From the IMG/VR virus record IMGVR_UViG_3300009124_000001: a stretch of DNA of 64,000 nucleotides; one strand, given 5' to 3'. Below are positions 1-9,700 of this stretch, one piece after another. Made by a program: the position numbers and the translations under genes. The notes beneath the pieces were generated by a model. That model made no database searches, had not been told where the DNA came from, and worked only from the letters and a program-made list of their open reading frames with translations. The stretch is from a virus. Position 1 is the stretch's first letter. The number at the start of each line of letters is the position of its first letter.

Positions 1-138
1 TGCATAGATCCCATCATTGAAAGTTTCGGGGTCAGGAGAAACAATTTTAGGTGCCCCCTCTTTGGGGGGAACACACCAGGGATTGCAATCCAGATCCTTC
101 ACGATCTCTTTGTAGAGATCATCCTGATTAACACTCAT
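1..138 (-). CDS. hypothetical protein, N-terminal part (runs off window)
   Basis: Open frame MSVNQDDLYKEIVKDLDCNPW... from ATG at 138, just downstream of a consensus promoter. Confidence 0.6.
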   Translation of the reverse strand, partial: MSVNQDDLYKEIVKDLDCNPWCVPPKEGAPKIVSPDPETFNDGIYA

Positions 139-163
139 GGAATTCCTTCACACGGACTAGGAC

Positions 164-192
164 ATTATAGGCATTTTGGGCAGATCTGTCAA
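164..192 (-). promoter_or_regulatory. sigma70-type early promoter
   Basis: TTGACA-17bp-TATAAT exact consensus. Confidence 0.85.
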
Positions 193-407
193 CGTTGCCC
201 ACACCAGTAACCACCTCTGGGTTTGTCTGCACAGATCCACACGGTCGTGCCACTGTTATTCCAGTGGCGGATCACCCCTGCGACAATGAAACAATTAGTG
301 ACAAGATAAGTGAGAAGTATAACAGTGCGTATACCAGCAATGATATCTGCCTCTCCCTTTTCACGTCCTTCTTTTTTTCCGAGTGCATAGCACCAGAGTC
401 TCCACAT
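189..407 (-). CDS. small cyanophage membrane protein
   Basis: MWRLWCYALGKKEG...IRTVILLTYLVTNCFIVAGVIRHWN; start moved to 407 because the longer ORF runs into tRNA-Asn. Confidence 0.75.
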   Translation of the reverse strand: MWRLWCYALGKKEGREKGEADIIAGIRTVILLTYLVTNCFIVAGVIRHWNNSGTTVWICADKPRGGYWCGQR

Positions 408-424
408 GGTCTTAGGTTTAACAA

Positions 425-496
425 CTCCCCCTCCTGGGATCGAACCAGGGACCAAACGATTAACAGTCGTTCGCTCTACCGCTGAGCTAAGGAGGA
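425..496 (-). tRNA. tRNA-Asn (GTT), no encoded CCA
   Basis: Cloverleaf TCCTCCT TAGCTCAGCGGTAGAGC G AACGA CTGTTAA TCGTT ... GGTTCGATCC ... AGGGGGA G. Confidence 0.95.
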
Positions 497-503
497 ATGA
501 GAG

Positions 504-577
504 AGCCTGATGTCGGACTTGAACCGACGACCTACGGTTTACAAAACCGTTGCTCTATCCAGCTGAGCTAATCAGGC
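504..577 (-). tRNA. tRNA-Thr (TGT), no encoded CCA
   Basis: GCCTGAT...ACGGT TTTGTAA ACCGT...GGTTCAAGTCC...ATCAGGC T. Confidence 0.95.
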
Positions 578-834
578 ACATCTTGGTAATTTTCGATCAA
601 TTCAGACATGTCAAAAAGGATGGGGTGACATTCTTCTTCGATCAGATAGGAGGACCATCGGTATAGATCCTCCATCTTGAAGTGTGGGTTGCAGTTTGCT
701 GCTGCAACCACATCAGGATCTGTTACATCAAATCCTTCGTCATCAAAGGTGAACGGAAGTCCACCAATCATGTACATTTTAACTATGCCACAAGTGTCGA
801 GATAACAAAAGGCGTTTGTTACTTTGAACTTCAT
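568..834 (-). CDS. conserved cyanophage hypothetical protein
   Basis: 88 aa ORF with GLPFTFD and YLIEEECHPILF motifs; ATG overlaps the upstream stop. Confidence 0.75.
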   Translation of the reverse strand: MKFKVTNAFCYLDTCGIVKMYMIGGLPFTFDDEGFDVTDPDVVAAANCNPHFKMEDLYRWSSYLIEEECHPILFDMSELIENYQDVPD

Positions 835-998
835 TGGCAGTGCGCTTCCTCTTTCATGAGAGAGTAGATACGTTCTTCGATCGCTGTAAGTGCTTCATTG
901 AGCGTAACCTTTGCACTACTATGTAGGGTAGTGCCATCTTCATATGCCAGAAGCGTATAGTGCCACTTGCAATCGTGGTCACTACGCCACAGTTTCAC
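831..998 (-). CDS. small hypothetical protein, possible HicB/YegP-like beta-beta-beta-alpha fold
   Basis: Probable GTG start just after the upstream stop; ends with a helix TLNEALTAIEERI. Confidence 0.55.
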   Translation of the reverse strand: MKLWRSDHDCKWHYTLLAYEDGTTLHSSAKVTLNEALTAIEERIYSLMKEEAHCQ

Positions 999-999
999 G

Positions 1000-1281
1000 T
1001 CAACTGTTAAGTTCCTTCTGCATTGCAGAGAGTTCGTCTGAAACATACTGTCGGACTCCAACGGGATCGGGTTGCCATCCCTCGGGAAGAGGTAGTGGCG
1101 GGTTGTTAGCAGTCTCGATGGCATCGAGTGCTTTCTGATAATCAGGGATCGGAACCATGAGTACAGCGGGTTTGTCGTCCTGAGTTATCTTAATTGTATG
1201 ACCTCGCTCTACCAAGGTCAAGCAAAAATCGAAATTCTTTTCGACTTCTTCCAATTTCACTTCGATGATCTGGGCGTTCAT
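1000..1281 (-). CDS. Phd/YefM-like antitoxin-domain protein
   Basis: EVKLEEVEKNFDFCLTLVERGHTIKITQDDKPAVLMVPIPDY fits the Phd/YefM N-terminal pattern. Confidence 0.55.
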   Translation of the reverse strand: MNAQIIEVKLEEVEKNFDFCLTLVERGHTIKITQDDKPAVLMVPIPDYQKALDAIETANNPPLPLPEGWQPDPVGVRQYVSDELSAMQKELNS

Positions 1282-1282
1282 A

Positions 1283-1474
1283 TCAGAAACAGTAAGTACG
1301 GGAATCAGAGGGGAGACGTTCTTGGAGGAAATTGCAGATCTGGGCAAAACCCTCTGCACCTTCTTCGTCGAAGTGGAACTTCACAGTTTCGTCGTAACCT
1401 TCGTCATCTTGGATGACGATACGACGCTCATTGAAGTAAATGAAGGCGTGGTTGACAAATTGAGGAGAAATCAT
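1283..1474 (-). CDS. conserved cyanophage hypothetical protein
   Basis: 63 aa ORF coupled to the gp5 stop. Confidence 0.7.
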   Translation of the reverse strand: MISPQFVNHAFIYFNERRIVIQDDEGYDETVKFHFDEEGAEGFAQICNFLQERLPSDSRTYCF

Positions 1475-4056
1475 CAGTTAAGCATCACAGGTAGACCGTA
1501 AATTTGGGTGGGTCCGAGGGAACACCCGAAGGCAGCGAGACCAGTACCTACCCCGTGGGATAGGAGACCAGACGAGACCTGATTCACAATAGCACCGCTG
1601 CCACCAGTAACAATCTCGCCTATGCCACCTGTCGGAGTGGCCACGAGTGTCATGTGAGCACCAGAACCAGAACCAGTCACGATGTCTGCCATACCAGCAG
1701 TACCCTTGCTGCCCAGTGCCATACGAACATGCATTGAAGGACAAAGACTGTTCATAGGACCGTCCATCGTGATATCAACGATAGAACCGTTGACCAGACT
1801 ATAAGATCCAGTGAACACTGGCATAGTCTGGAAGATCGCGATGACATCCATCCTACCACAAGTGAGGAATGATGTGATCCACGATGCTTCGTTTACGATC
1901 TCACCTGTTGCTTTGTTGGTGATAGTGGTTGCAGATGTGTGTACGTCAGGAGCATCCATGGTGATACCAGAGATACCCTTGATGCGTACGCGGTTACCTT
2001 GAAGAGTCAAATCGCCGTTGTATGCGATCTCATGGTCACCTGCTTTGGTCGAAACAGATTTTGCTTCTTTCTCTCCTGCCTCAAAGTTTACGCTCTTCGA
2101 TGCATCTTGCAGTTTGGAAACAGCAGCGTCGATAGCAGTTGTTGCCTGCTGCGTCCACTGATTGTTGTCCTTGCCGAGAGGATTGCCAGCATCGTTTTTA
2201 CCTTCTGCCTTACCACCAGCACCATTGGATGTATGCTCGTTGAAAGATCCATTGACTTCAAGGTGGAAGTCACCCATCACCTTCAAATAATAATCACCTT
2301 CAATGGTATGAACAAGATTGTTCTTGACGTTCTGAATAAGGTCGCGACCAAAGATCGCAGTCTCATTACTAGGAACGTTCTTGTGAACATTACCTTGCTT
2401 ATCCTCAAAGGTAGTGACACCACCAGGACCAGATCTGATGCGCTTTTCCTTCCCAGGTGTTGCGTCATCAATCTCTCTGGCACCATTCAAGAACATCTTC
2501 GTTTCCATAAGGAAAGGATTCATGTTCTGGAAGAACTTATCGAAGAAGTTCCCACTGTTGCCTTCCTGTTGAAGACCTGAGGAGCAATCAGTTCCCTGCG
2601 CTCCACCAGGACCTGCAAGTTGAGCACCAGTATCAGCACATTCGGTGGTTCCTAATAGTGGAATCCACCCCTGACTCTTCGGTTTTCGTGCCTTCCTACC
2701 ACAATCAACAAACGATGCAATGATATCAACGATCAAAGCGATCAGGTTGAGAACATTAGCGAAGTTGAGTTGAGTGAAGTCAATCTTGAACAGAGTGTCA
2801 ACAGCACGAGCAACTTCTTGGATCTTAGGAATTGCTTGCACAGCACTCAGGATAATATCAAAGACCTTGGTAACTGTATTGAGAACCTTACAGATTGCCT
2901 TTTGGATATTTTGCAGTGCCTTCGTCACATAATCAGAGATCATGTTAAAGACCTTATTGATGGCATTCATGATGACTCCAAATATAGAGTCAACAAATCC
3001 ACCAATATCACTCAATATACTACTGACAGCATCCAACCAACCAGGAACAGGTTGACAGAAAATATCCGTAATGATCTTTTTGATCAGTGTAATCACAGTT
3101 GTAACCACACCAAGGGGGATGAGGTTAGACAGCAGGTTCACAATCTTACCAATTGCTTCCTGAATCTTCTGTGCCAAATAGTCTTTGATAGGTGCCACCA
3201 TACCTGTGACAGCATTAACAACATAGTTAGAGATGTTGCTAATACTTTTCAGGATGTTGTTACCTGCCTGAACGTGTCCAGTGATAGCAGAGACTAGGTT
3301 ACCACTATCATCAGCACCAAGAGAACCAATCTGAACACCAAGATCTGTGAGCATACGCTTCAAATCTTTGGTGAACGAGTTGGAGTTAGTGCCAGGACCA
3401 TGCACACCATCAGCGATACCACCTTCCATAGACGGTGGACCGATCGGGTTGGTGTATACGTTAAAGGGATTCTCTACCTCCGCTCTACTAACAGCACCAC
3501 GAGAATGCTCTTCACCACCAGTTGCACTACCAGCAGTGGCACCCTGAGATTTAACGAACGGGTGACCAGCATTTACATCCTGGTTGCCGTAGTCTTTCTT
3601 CTGTGGTGTATTAGTTTTGAACTGATCAGCGACGGTAGGATCAGCGACGACAGTTGCAGGCATATCCTGAGGATTGCCGCGACCATCTTTGGTTCCCTTA
3701 TTTTCTGCATGTTTGAATCCTCGGAATGCACCAAGGACACAGGGAAGTTGTGCCTCATCCCCGTCGAGAAAGAAACCCATGACAGTAGCGCCAGGTTGCA
3801 ATTCACACGTTGAACCTGCGTTTTTAGTCTGAGGTCTATCGTTTGGTAGGAGTACCGTTGCCCAGGGTAGAACTTCTCTTGGCATCTCTTCAAGATATGC
3901 CGCCGATCCATCCTCACCAACCTTTGCCTTGGTGTACCAACCAAAGATACGAACTTTGACTCTGCCTAATTGAGAAGGGTCATTGTTATCTTCGACCTCA
4001 CCTACCCACCATTGGAATCCATCTCTTCCTGCAAAACCAGTATTAGTGCCCAGCAT
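1474..4056 (-). CDS. gp5: baseplate hub/central spike protein gp5-like
   Basis: N-terminal OB-fold WWVGEVEDNNDPSQLGRVKVRIFG...LPWATV...GFFLDG; C-terminal beta-helix-like repeats. Confidence 0.9.
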   Translation of the reverse strand: MLGTNTGFAGRDGFQWWVGEVEDNNDPSQLGRVKVRIFGWYTKAKVGEDGSAAYLEEMPREVLPWATVLLPNDRPQTKNAGSTCELQPGATVMGFFLDGDEAQLPCVLGAFRGFKHAENKGTKDGRGNPQDMPATVVADPTVADQFKTNTPQKKDYGNQDVNAGHPFVKSQGATAGSATGGEEHSRGAVSRAEVENPFNVYTNPIGPPSMEGGIADGVHGPGTNSNSFTKDLKRMLTDLGVQIGSLGADDSGNLVSAITGHVQAGNNILKSISNISNYVVNAVTGMVAPIKDYLAQKIQEAIGKIVNLLSNLIPLGVVTTVITLIKKIITDIFCQPVPGWLDAVSSILSDIGGFVDSIFGVIMNAINKVFNMISDYVTKALQNIQKAICKVLNTVTKVFDIILSAVQAIPKIQEVARAVDTLFKIDFTQLNFANVLNLIALIVDIIASFVDCGRKARKPKSQGWIPLLGTTECADTGAQLAGPGGAQGTDCSSGLQQEGNSGNFFDKFFQNMNPFLMETKMFLNGAREIDDATPGKEKRIRSGPGGVTTFEDKQGNVHKNVPSNETAIFGRDLIQNVKNNLVHTIEGDYYLKVMGDFHLEVNGSFNEHTSNGAGGKAEGKNDAGNPLGKDNNQWTQQATTAIDAAVSKLQDASKSVNFEAGEKEAKSVSTKAGDHEIAYNGDLTLQGNRVRIKGISGITMDAPDVHTSATTITNKATGEIVNEASWITSFLTCGRMDVIAIFQTMPVFTGSYSLVNGSIVDITMDGPMNSLCPSMHVRMALGSKGTAGMADIVTGSGSGAHMTLVATPTGGIGEIVTGGSGAIVNQVSSGLLSHGVGTGLAAFGCSLGPTQIYGLPVMLN

Positions 4057-4544
4057 TATATTTGTGTGAAATCTAAGGTCCGTACATTATTTAGTCGCTG
4101 AAACTGAAACATCCCTTCCTCTGGCAACTTGCCCCAGGCAAACTCACCAGTTTCTAGATTGTACCCAGTATCAAGTGATCTATATGTTTGACCGTTGAAC
4201 TGGACTTCGCTGACCACCCTTGTATCCCGTAAGATACAGTCACCATCTAACTCACCGAACCACCATCCATCAAAGTATCCAAATTTCCACGAGCAACTTG
4301 GTTCGTTGGTGAGTAGATTAGTTGACTGCGTGAAGACAGTAATATCATTCTCATAGGTTAGATTAACCTGAAAATGACGGTAGGGTTTGTCTTCACCTTG
4401 GTAATTATACCAGGACTTCATATGAAGTGTCAAGGGAGCAACTTTTGTGTACAAGATATTAATCTGTGGCCACTTAGTTGGATTGGACTGTGCCTGTTTC
4501 TTATTCAGGTAGTGTCCACATATCATTTTCTCAAATAAGGTCAT
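4056..4544 (-). CDS. cpeT: CpeT/CpcT-like phycobiliprotein lyase
   Basis: GHYLNKKQAQSNPTKWP...KPYR...SLDTGY...AWG. Confidence 0.85.
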   Translation of the reverse strand: MTLFEKMICGHYLNKKQAQSNPTKWPQINILYTKVAPLTLHMKSWYNYQGEDKPYRHFQVNLTYENDITVFTQSTNLLTNEPSCSWKFGYFDGWWFGELDGDCILRDTRVVSEVQFNGQTYRSLDTGYNLETGEFAWGKLPEEGMFQFQRLNNVRTLDFTQI

Positions 4545-5109
4545 ACCATCCAGTCACAATAATCTTCTCTTCATTAGGCGCAGGCAGACCTTTGTGCATA
4601 TGTGTCCAATCTGCTGGCCAAATAAGGGTCAGTCCCTTGACAGGTTTCACCTTGCAGTTCTGTGTCTCAAAATATGTCTCGCCTCCTTCTTCCACATCAT
4701 TAAGATAGGTCATCCATGCCATGATTCTACTGGCACACTGTGGATGATTACTTCCCCTTTCACAATGTAATTTCTTAAACCCACCATCAGGTGGATACCA
4801 TTGAATATTAAAATCCTCTGTGAGATCCCAATTGATTGTTTTGAGTTGAGGATAAAAATTACAGTATTCAGTTGTAACTGATGCTAATTGATCGATGTAA
4901 TTTGTGATACGACGATCTTTCAGATATCTAGGAATCGTTAGATCCATAGAATCCTTGATGTTCTTGTCTATACCGTTACCATGATGCCCAGGTTCAACTT
5001 GTAGGTATGTGCATTCTTGATAGAACTCTATCAGTCCGTCACATACAGCAGGATCTATTTTTCCACCACCGATGAAACTATAAGGGGCATCTATATCCAA
5101 GTAATCCAT
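4531..5109 (-). CDS. 2OG-Fe(II) oxygenase
   Basis: HCE...[14 protein letters not shown]...WPADWTHMHKG...K.IVTGW. Confidence 0.9.
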   Translation of the reverse strand: MDYLDIDAPYSFIGGGKIDPAVCDGLIEFYQECTYLQVEPGHHGNGIDKNIKDSMDLTIPRYLKDRRITNYIDQLASVTTEYCNFYPQLKTINWDLTEDFNIQWYPPDGGFKKLHCERGSNHPQCASRIMAWMTYLNDVEEGGETYFETQNCKVKPVKGLTLIWPADWTHMHKGLPAPNEEKIIVTGWYDLI

Positions 5110-5147
5110 AAAGCTCTAAGACTGCCCTTTCAACCCTGACAGTGTTG

Positions 5148-5176
5148 ATTATAATGATTTATCGAGGTCTTGTCAA
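5148..5176 (-). promoter_or_regulatory. sigma70-type early promoter
   Basis: TTGACA-17bp-TATAAT overlapping the cp12 stop. Confidence 0.85.
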
Positions 5177-5385
5177 TCGTCGTAAACGAGACACTCGGGT
5201 TCAGAAGGATTGGCGTCGCAATACAGTTCTAGGCAGTTGGGATCATGATGATCATTCGGATGATTTTTATGATATGATTCTAGTTGTCCCAATTCATCTT
5301 CAAGATGGCGGCGACGTTGAGCAGAGATCTGAGGATTTTGAAGTTCATCCTTATCTGCATCAATGTGCTGTTCGATACTTTCCAT
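5173..5385 (-). CDS. cp12: CP12 Calvin-cycle inhibitor
   Basis: C-terminal LELYCDANPSEPECLVYDD. Confidence 0.95.
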   Translation of the reverse strand: MESIEQHIDADKDELQNPQISAQRRRHLEDELGQLESYHKNHPNDHHDPNCLELYCDANPSEPECLVYDD

Positions 5386-5410
5386 AATTGGTTAGAGGAG
5401 TATGATATAT

Positions 5411-6799
5411 TTATTTACCAGTAGGTACTGAATCGCGGCAGAGATATAACTCTGATGTGATCCCGTCCTTCCTATATGTATGCTTCAACCCTTTGATCAG
5501 ATATTTGCCTGAGAAAATCTTGTCCTTACTAACACGACGAGCATTCTCTTGTTTTGCTTTCGGCATTCTGATCTCAATGACACCACCACAATACAATGCT
5601 GTGTTACCAGAAATATTAACAGTCAATGATTGAGTATTCAGGAGATTCCAACGCTGCGTTGCATACGACTGTGCAGACATAAGACTAGAACTCTGATCAT
5701 CGGCACCACCATTAGGTGAATTATTCTCCATATGTGAAAACTGTGGTAGAATTACAAACTTCTGTCTAGTTGGGTGATTACTATCAAATTCTTCAATGAA
5801 GTTCTTGTCGTATGGGAATCCTTTATTGAGTGTAGATGCTTTGGTAAAGATACCTCTCAATCTAGTGATGATGGGACCAGATATTGTTCCTGATGGTTTA
5901 CTACTGCTAGTAGATGCGCCAGGTTGTGTGATGTAACTATCTGTGGGTTGTGCTAGATTGATACCAATGGTTGCAGTTTGATATACACCCATTCTCATCT
6001 TTTCCAGTTGGTTGGATCTGTCTGGATAAGATACTGTCTCAATCCTGAATGCATTCTCCTCAGAATCATTATCTTCTACGTTCTTTTGTGCATATGTGTA
6101 GGTTGCTAGTTTTTCACCTTCGCACAATTTATCAATAGATGTGAAATGAAATCCATCTCGATTCTGATAGAATAAGAATCCTGATTGTTTCTTGCCAGCA
6201 TTCTTTGAGTTAGAGGTGGTCTTTTTCTTTCCAGTAGTGCCACCCATTCTAGTGACCTTATCAGTCAAATATGAAATAACATCAACGGGTCTCCAATTAG
6301 GAGATACCACATTGATCTTGGAATAGTCTTCTACGTTGATTCTGCTATTGGGAATCTTCAATTGCTCTTTGAGCATCCTTTGTACAACATTGTCCTTACC
6401 ATTCTGAGGACCATACATTCCAAATGCTCGATTAGTTTCATTGAAGTACATTGCTTCATCAGCAAAGTGGAGAAGATACATCTTAGATCTTTCTCTCTTG
6501 ACTACACTGCCAATCTTGTACAGTTTCATCTTTGCCTTGATTATTGCCTTCTTCTTCCCCTCACTTTTAGCAGCGAAAGATTCAAACTCGATCTCAAACT
6601 TTTCTGATCCGTACAGTTGAGAATCTAAACCAATCGAGTCCAAGATAGCAATATCTAATCTCGCAAACGGACAGTCGATAGACTCATACCAAGTAAACTC
6701 ACCGATCAAATCGACAATGTTTTGCTTAGTTTCTCCACCTTTACCGTCCGAAACGAAGAGATCTGCCTTGGTTAGTTTGTAGGACTTGGAATCAGACAT
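5411..6799 (-). CDS. baseplate hub protein, gp27-like
   Basis: YESID, FLFYQNRDGFHFTSIDKL, SGKYLIKGLKH...LCRDS; position in the baseplate module. Confidence 0.6.
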   Translation of the reverse strand: MSDSKSYKLTKADLFVSDGKGGETKQNIVDLIGEFTWYESIDCPFARLDIAILDSIGLDSQLYGSEKFEIEFESFAAKSEGKKKAIIKAKMKLYKIGSVVKRERSKMYLLHFADEAMYFNETNRAFGMYGPQNGKDNVVQRMLKEQLKIPNSRINVEDYSKINVVSPNWRPVDVISYLTDKVTRMGGTTGKKKTTSNSKNAGKKQSGFLFYQNRDGFHFTSIDKLCEGEKLATYTYAQKNVEDNDSEENAFRIETVSYPDRSNQLEKMRMGVYQTATIGINLAQPTDSYITQPGASTSSSKPSGTISGPIITRLRGIFTKASTLNKGFPYDKNFIEEFDSNHPTRQKFVILPQFSHMENNSPNGGADDQSSSLMSAQSYATQRWNLLNTQSLTVNISGNTALYCGGVIEIRMPKAKQENARRVSKDKIFSGKYLIKGLKHTYRKDGITSELYLCRDSVPTGK

Positions 6800-9700
6800 T
6801 ATGCGATGTTAACGGGTTCTTGGAAAATATCAGCAGTTAGTCCAAATCTGGGTCTAGCATAGATATTTGCTGGGATATCATATGCTACTGAGGGGAGGTC
6901 AACCTGTGGTTGAACTGATCCTGGTTTCTGTGTTCCTGCTCCAATAGGTGCAGCAGTGCTAGATGTTAATGTTGTTGAATCTTTATCGGCATTTGCCTTC
7001 TCTTCATCTTCTTTGTTTTGTGCTTCTGCTAATCTGTCGCCAGATGTGTTGATTTTTGCTCCTGTCATGGGAGCAGCATCTGCTACATATTTATCGAGAA
7101 GTCCGATGTTATCTTGCAGTTGCTGCAACGGATCTTTCTGTGCTTCACCACCTGATGCCCCTGATGAACTATCAGACGAGGAAAGATCACCACTACTGTT
7201 ACTATCAGCAGCAGCAAGATCAGGAATCTTACCTGATGTAAATGCAGCACGAAGTGCGTCTGTATATTTTGTACCCTTTGTACCGAAACCATCAGCACCT
7301 ACATTACCTGTTGCCAACCAATCAGCAGCACCACCCCACCCTTGGTTGTGTGCATATCCCAGAGTTTGAAGTTTTTGAAGCAGTGACTTCTTCTTATACT
7401 CTGGACTCTTCGCCATCAGCAGTTTGTGGTTGGCGATTGTATATCCTGCAAAGATTTGCTCTTGGAGATCAGGGTTCTTTCTATATGATGCACGTTGTGC
7501 TGCACCATGACCAGGATCAGGAAGACCGATATTACGCGAACCATCAGTCTTAGCAGCAGCACCCATCTGATACTTACCATCGTAGTGTCCACCACTACCG
7601 CCAGCAATATCATACTTACCACTAGACTCAATCTTAGCGATTGTTCCTCTGAATATATCCCAGGTCTTCTGATCGGCACCAAGGGCAGACTTCACCTTGT
7701 CATAGGGAACCTTACCACCTGCTGCTCTTCCGAGGACTCTACCACCTGCTGCTTTCACCATTGCCTGAGCATCTGTGGCATAACTGCCCAGATTACCTAA
7801 TGCCTTGGAGAAGTAACTCACCATGCCCTCTTTACCCAAATACTGTGTTTTGGGATCTAGTCCAGAAGATTCAGAAGAAGAAGAAGAAGAAGAACCAGAA
7901 CTATTTGATGTTTGTGTTGCGCCAGTCTTGGATTGAATAGGAGCAGATCCTGTCTCTTCGATGACAGTAGAGTCTCCACCCATAAAACCTCTTGCCTTGG
8001 CGCGGATGATGTTGCCACCCGAACCCTTAGCACCATCCCTAGTCAGGTGCCACAAGTCCCAACGTGCGCCATCACCACCCCATGCAGTAGGACCATAGTT
8101 ATCATTACGAGGCAGTTGTCCATCCTTACCAGATGCTGCCTCAGCGTGAGTCATCACATTCTTGATGTTGATGTCGTTAGGATTCCACTTTCTATCCTTA
8201 GCAACGTTGGCAATCTCTTTGGCGAGAGAATCAATCTGAACATTAGATGGCCATACATAATTACCACCGCTGCCTGCCATTGCAGCAACAGACATACCAA
8301 TACCCTGACCATTTCTCAGATAGGTGTGTGCAACACCAGATTTCTGATCATATGGGTGTGCTCTGTATACTTTACCACTACCCTGAACGATGGAGTGATA
8401 CTTACCTTTTTGATGGAAGTGTGGACCACCAGCAGTCCAGTGTAGGAAGATCTTACCTCCCTTTGCCATCATCTGATCAGCACCAATCAGGCGGTTCTCT
8501 GACATAGAACCGTCACGTTTCTTCTTGGTGGGACCACCTTTTGCGAAACCAGGAACATCATAACCACCTGCCCTTGCCTGTTGCATCCTCATGGATGTCA
8601 GACCATTGCTACCTCTGGTTGCAGGTGTATCAAACGGAATAACGAATGCATCGCCACCGCTTGCTCTTCTAGCAACATATTCTGTGCCATGACCGATGAA
8701 GTCTACACCACCGCCACCCAGTGATACAGGATACCCAGACTGAGGACCATTGATCCATCCACCACCTGCATATGCACCAGGCATTTTACCACCCTTGGCG
8801 AATAGTCCAAAGAACTTCTTCTTCGGTGGTACTTTCGGGTTGTTGGGTGTAGTTTCCCCAGGTTTGTAGTTGGGGTCATTCAGTCTGTCAAGTTGGGTTT
8901 GAATTTCGTTCTCTTTACCCCATACCTTATCCCAAGCATTCAGACCTTCAAGTTGCTCTTCCAGCGCCTTGATAGTCTCTTCTCTACCTTTCTCTTCTAC
9001 TGATGCATCTATTTGTTCATCAGTTCCACTTTGTTGACCATTAAATGCTGCACCAAGAGTAAACAGACCAATACCACCAGCGAGCACCCATGCCCACATA
9101 CCCATACCTTTGACGAGTCCAATCAGACCCTTCACCATGCCACCGACTGCACCAAAGATACCTTTCAGTGCTGGTAAGAGTTTGCCGCCCTTGAATAGAC
9201 TGAATACTACTTTCAGACCTAATTTGCCCATGGCAACTGGGGCAAATAGTAACCCCAATGCCGTGACCACTTTGAGTAGACCAAATATACCCTTAAAACT
9301 AAGAGGATTTTCTAAGAACTCAACCAGACCATTCAGACCCAGGTTGATCAATGTGCCATAGGTATTCATAATGAACTTACCTATGCCAACCATGGCATCA
9401 AGTAGTCTCTTGATCTTCTTAGGATTCTTCTCCAACCAATCTAAAAGATTGTACATAATCATGGATCGGAAGATACCCTTGAACAGCGACGCAAGTCCTG
9501 CAAGGAATCCAAGAGATCTAGCAGCAGTCGCTTTTGCTGCCTTGCCTAGACCACTACCTTTCTTCTTCGTACCTTCCTGTAATGCCTCTGCTCTTTTGTC
9601 TTGCTCTCTACCTTTCTCTCGCTTTGCTGCCTCTAATTGTTTCTTCCTATATTTCTTCTCATCTTCCAAATTATCTTCGCGCATGTTGAGCATCTGCTCA

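Noticed and set aside
408-455. N-terminal extension of ORF 189-455
   Set aside because: Runs through the tRNA-Asn T-arm; the ATG at 407 is more plausible
7874-7894. (GAA)7 microsatellite as a phase-variation site
   Set aside because: In-frame poly-Ser linker; slippage would not switch expression
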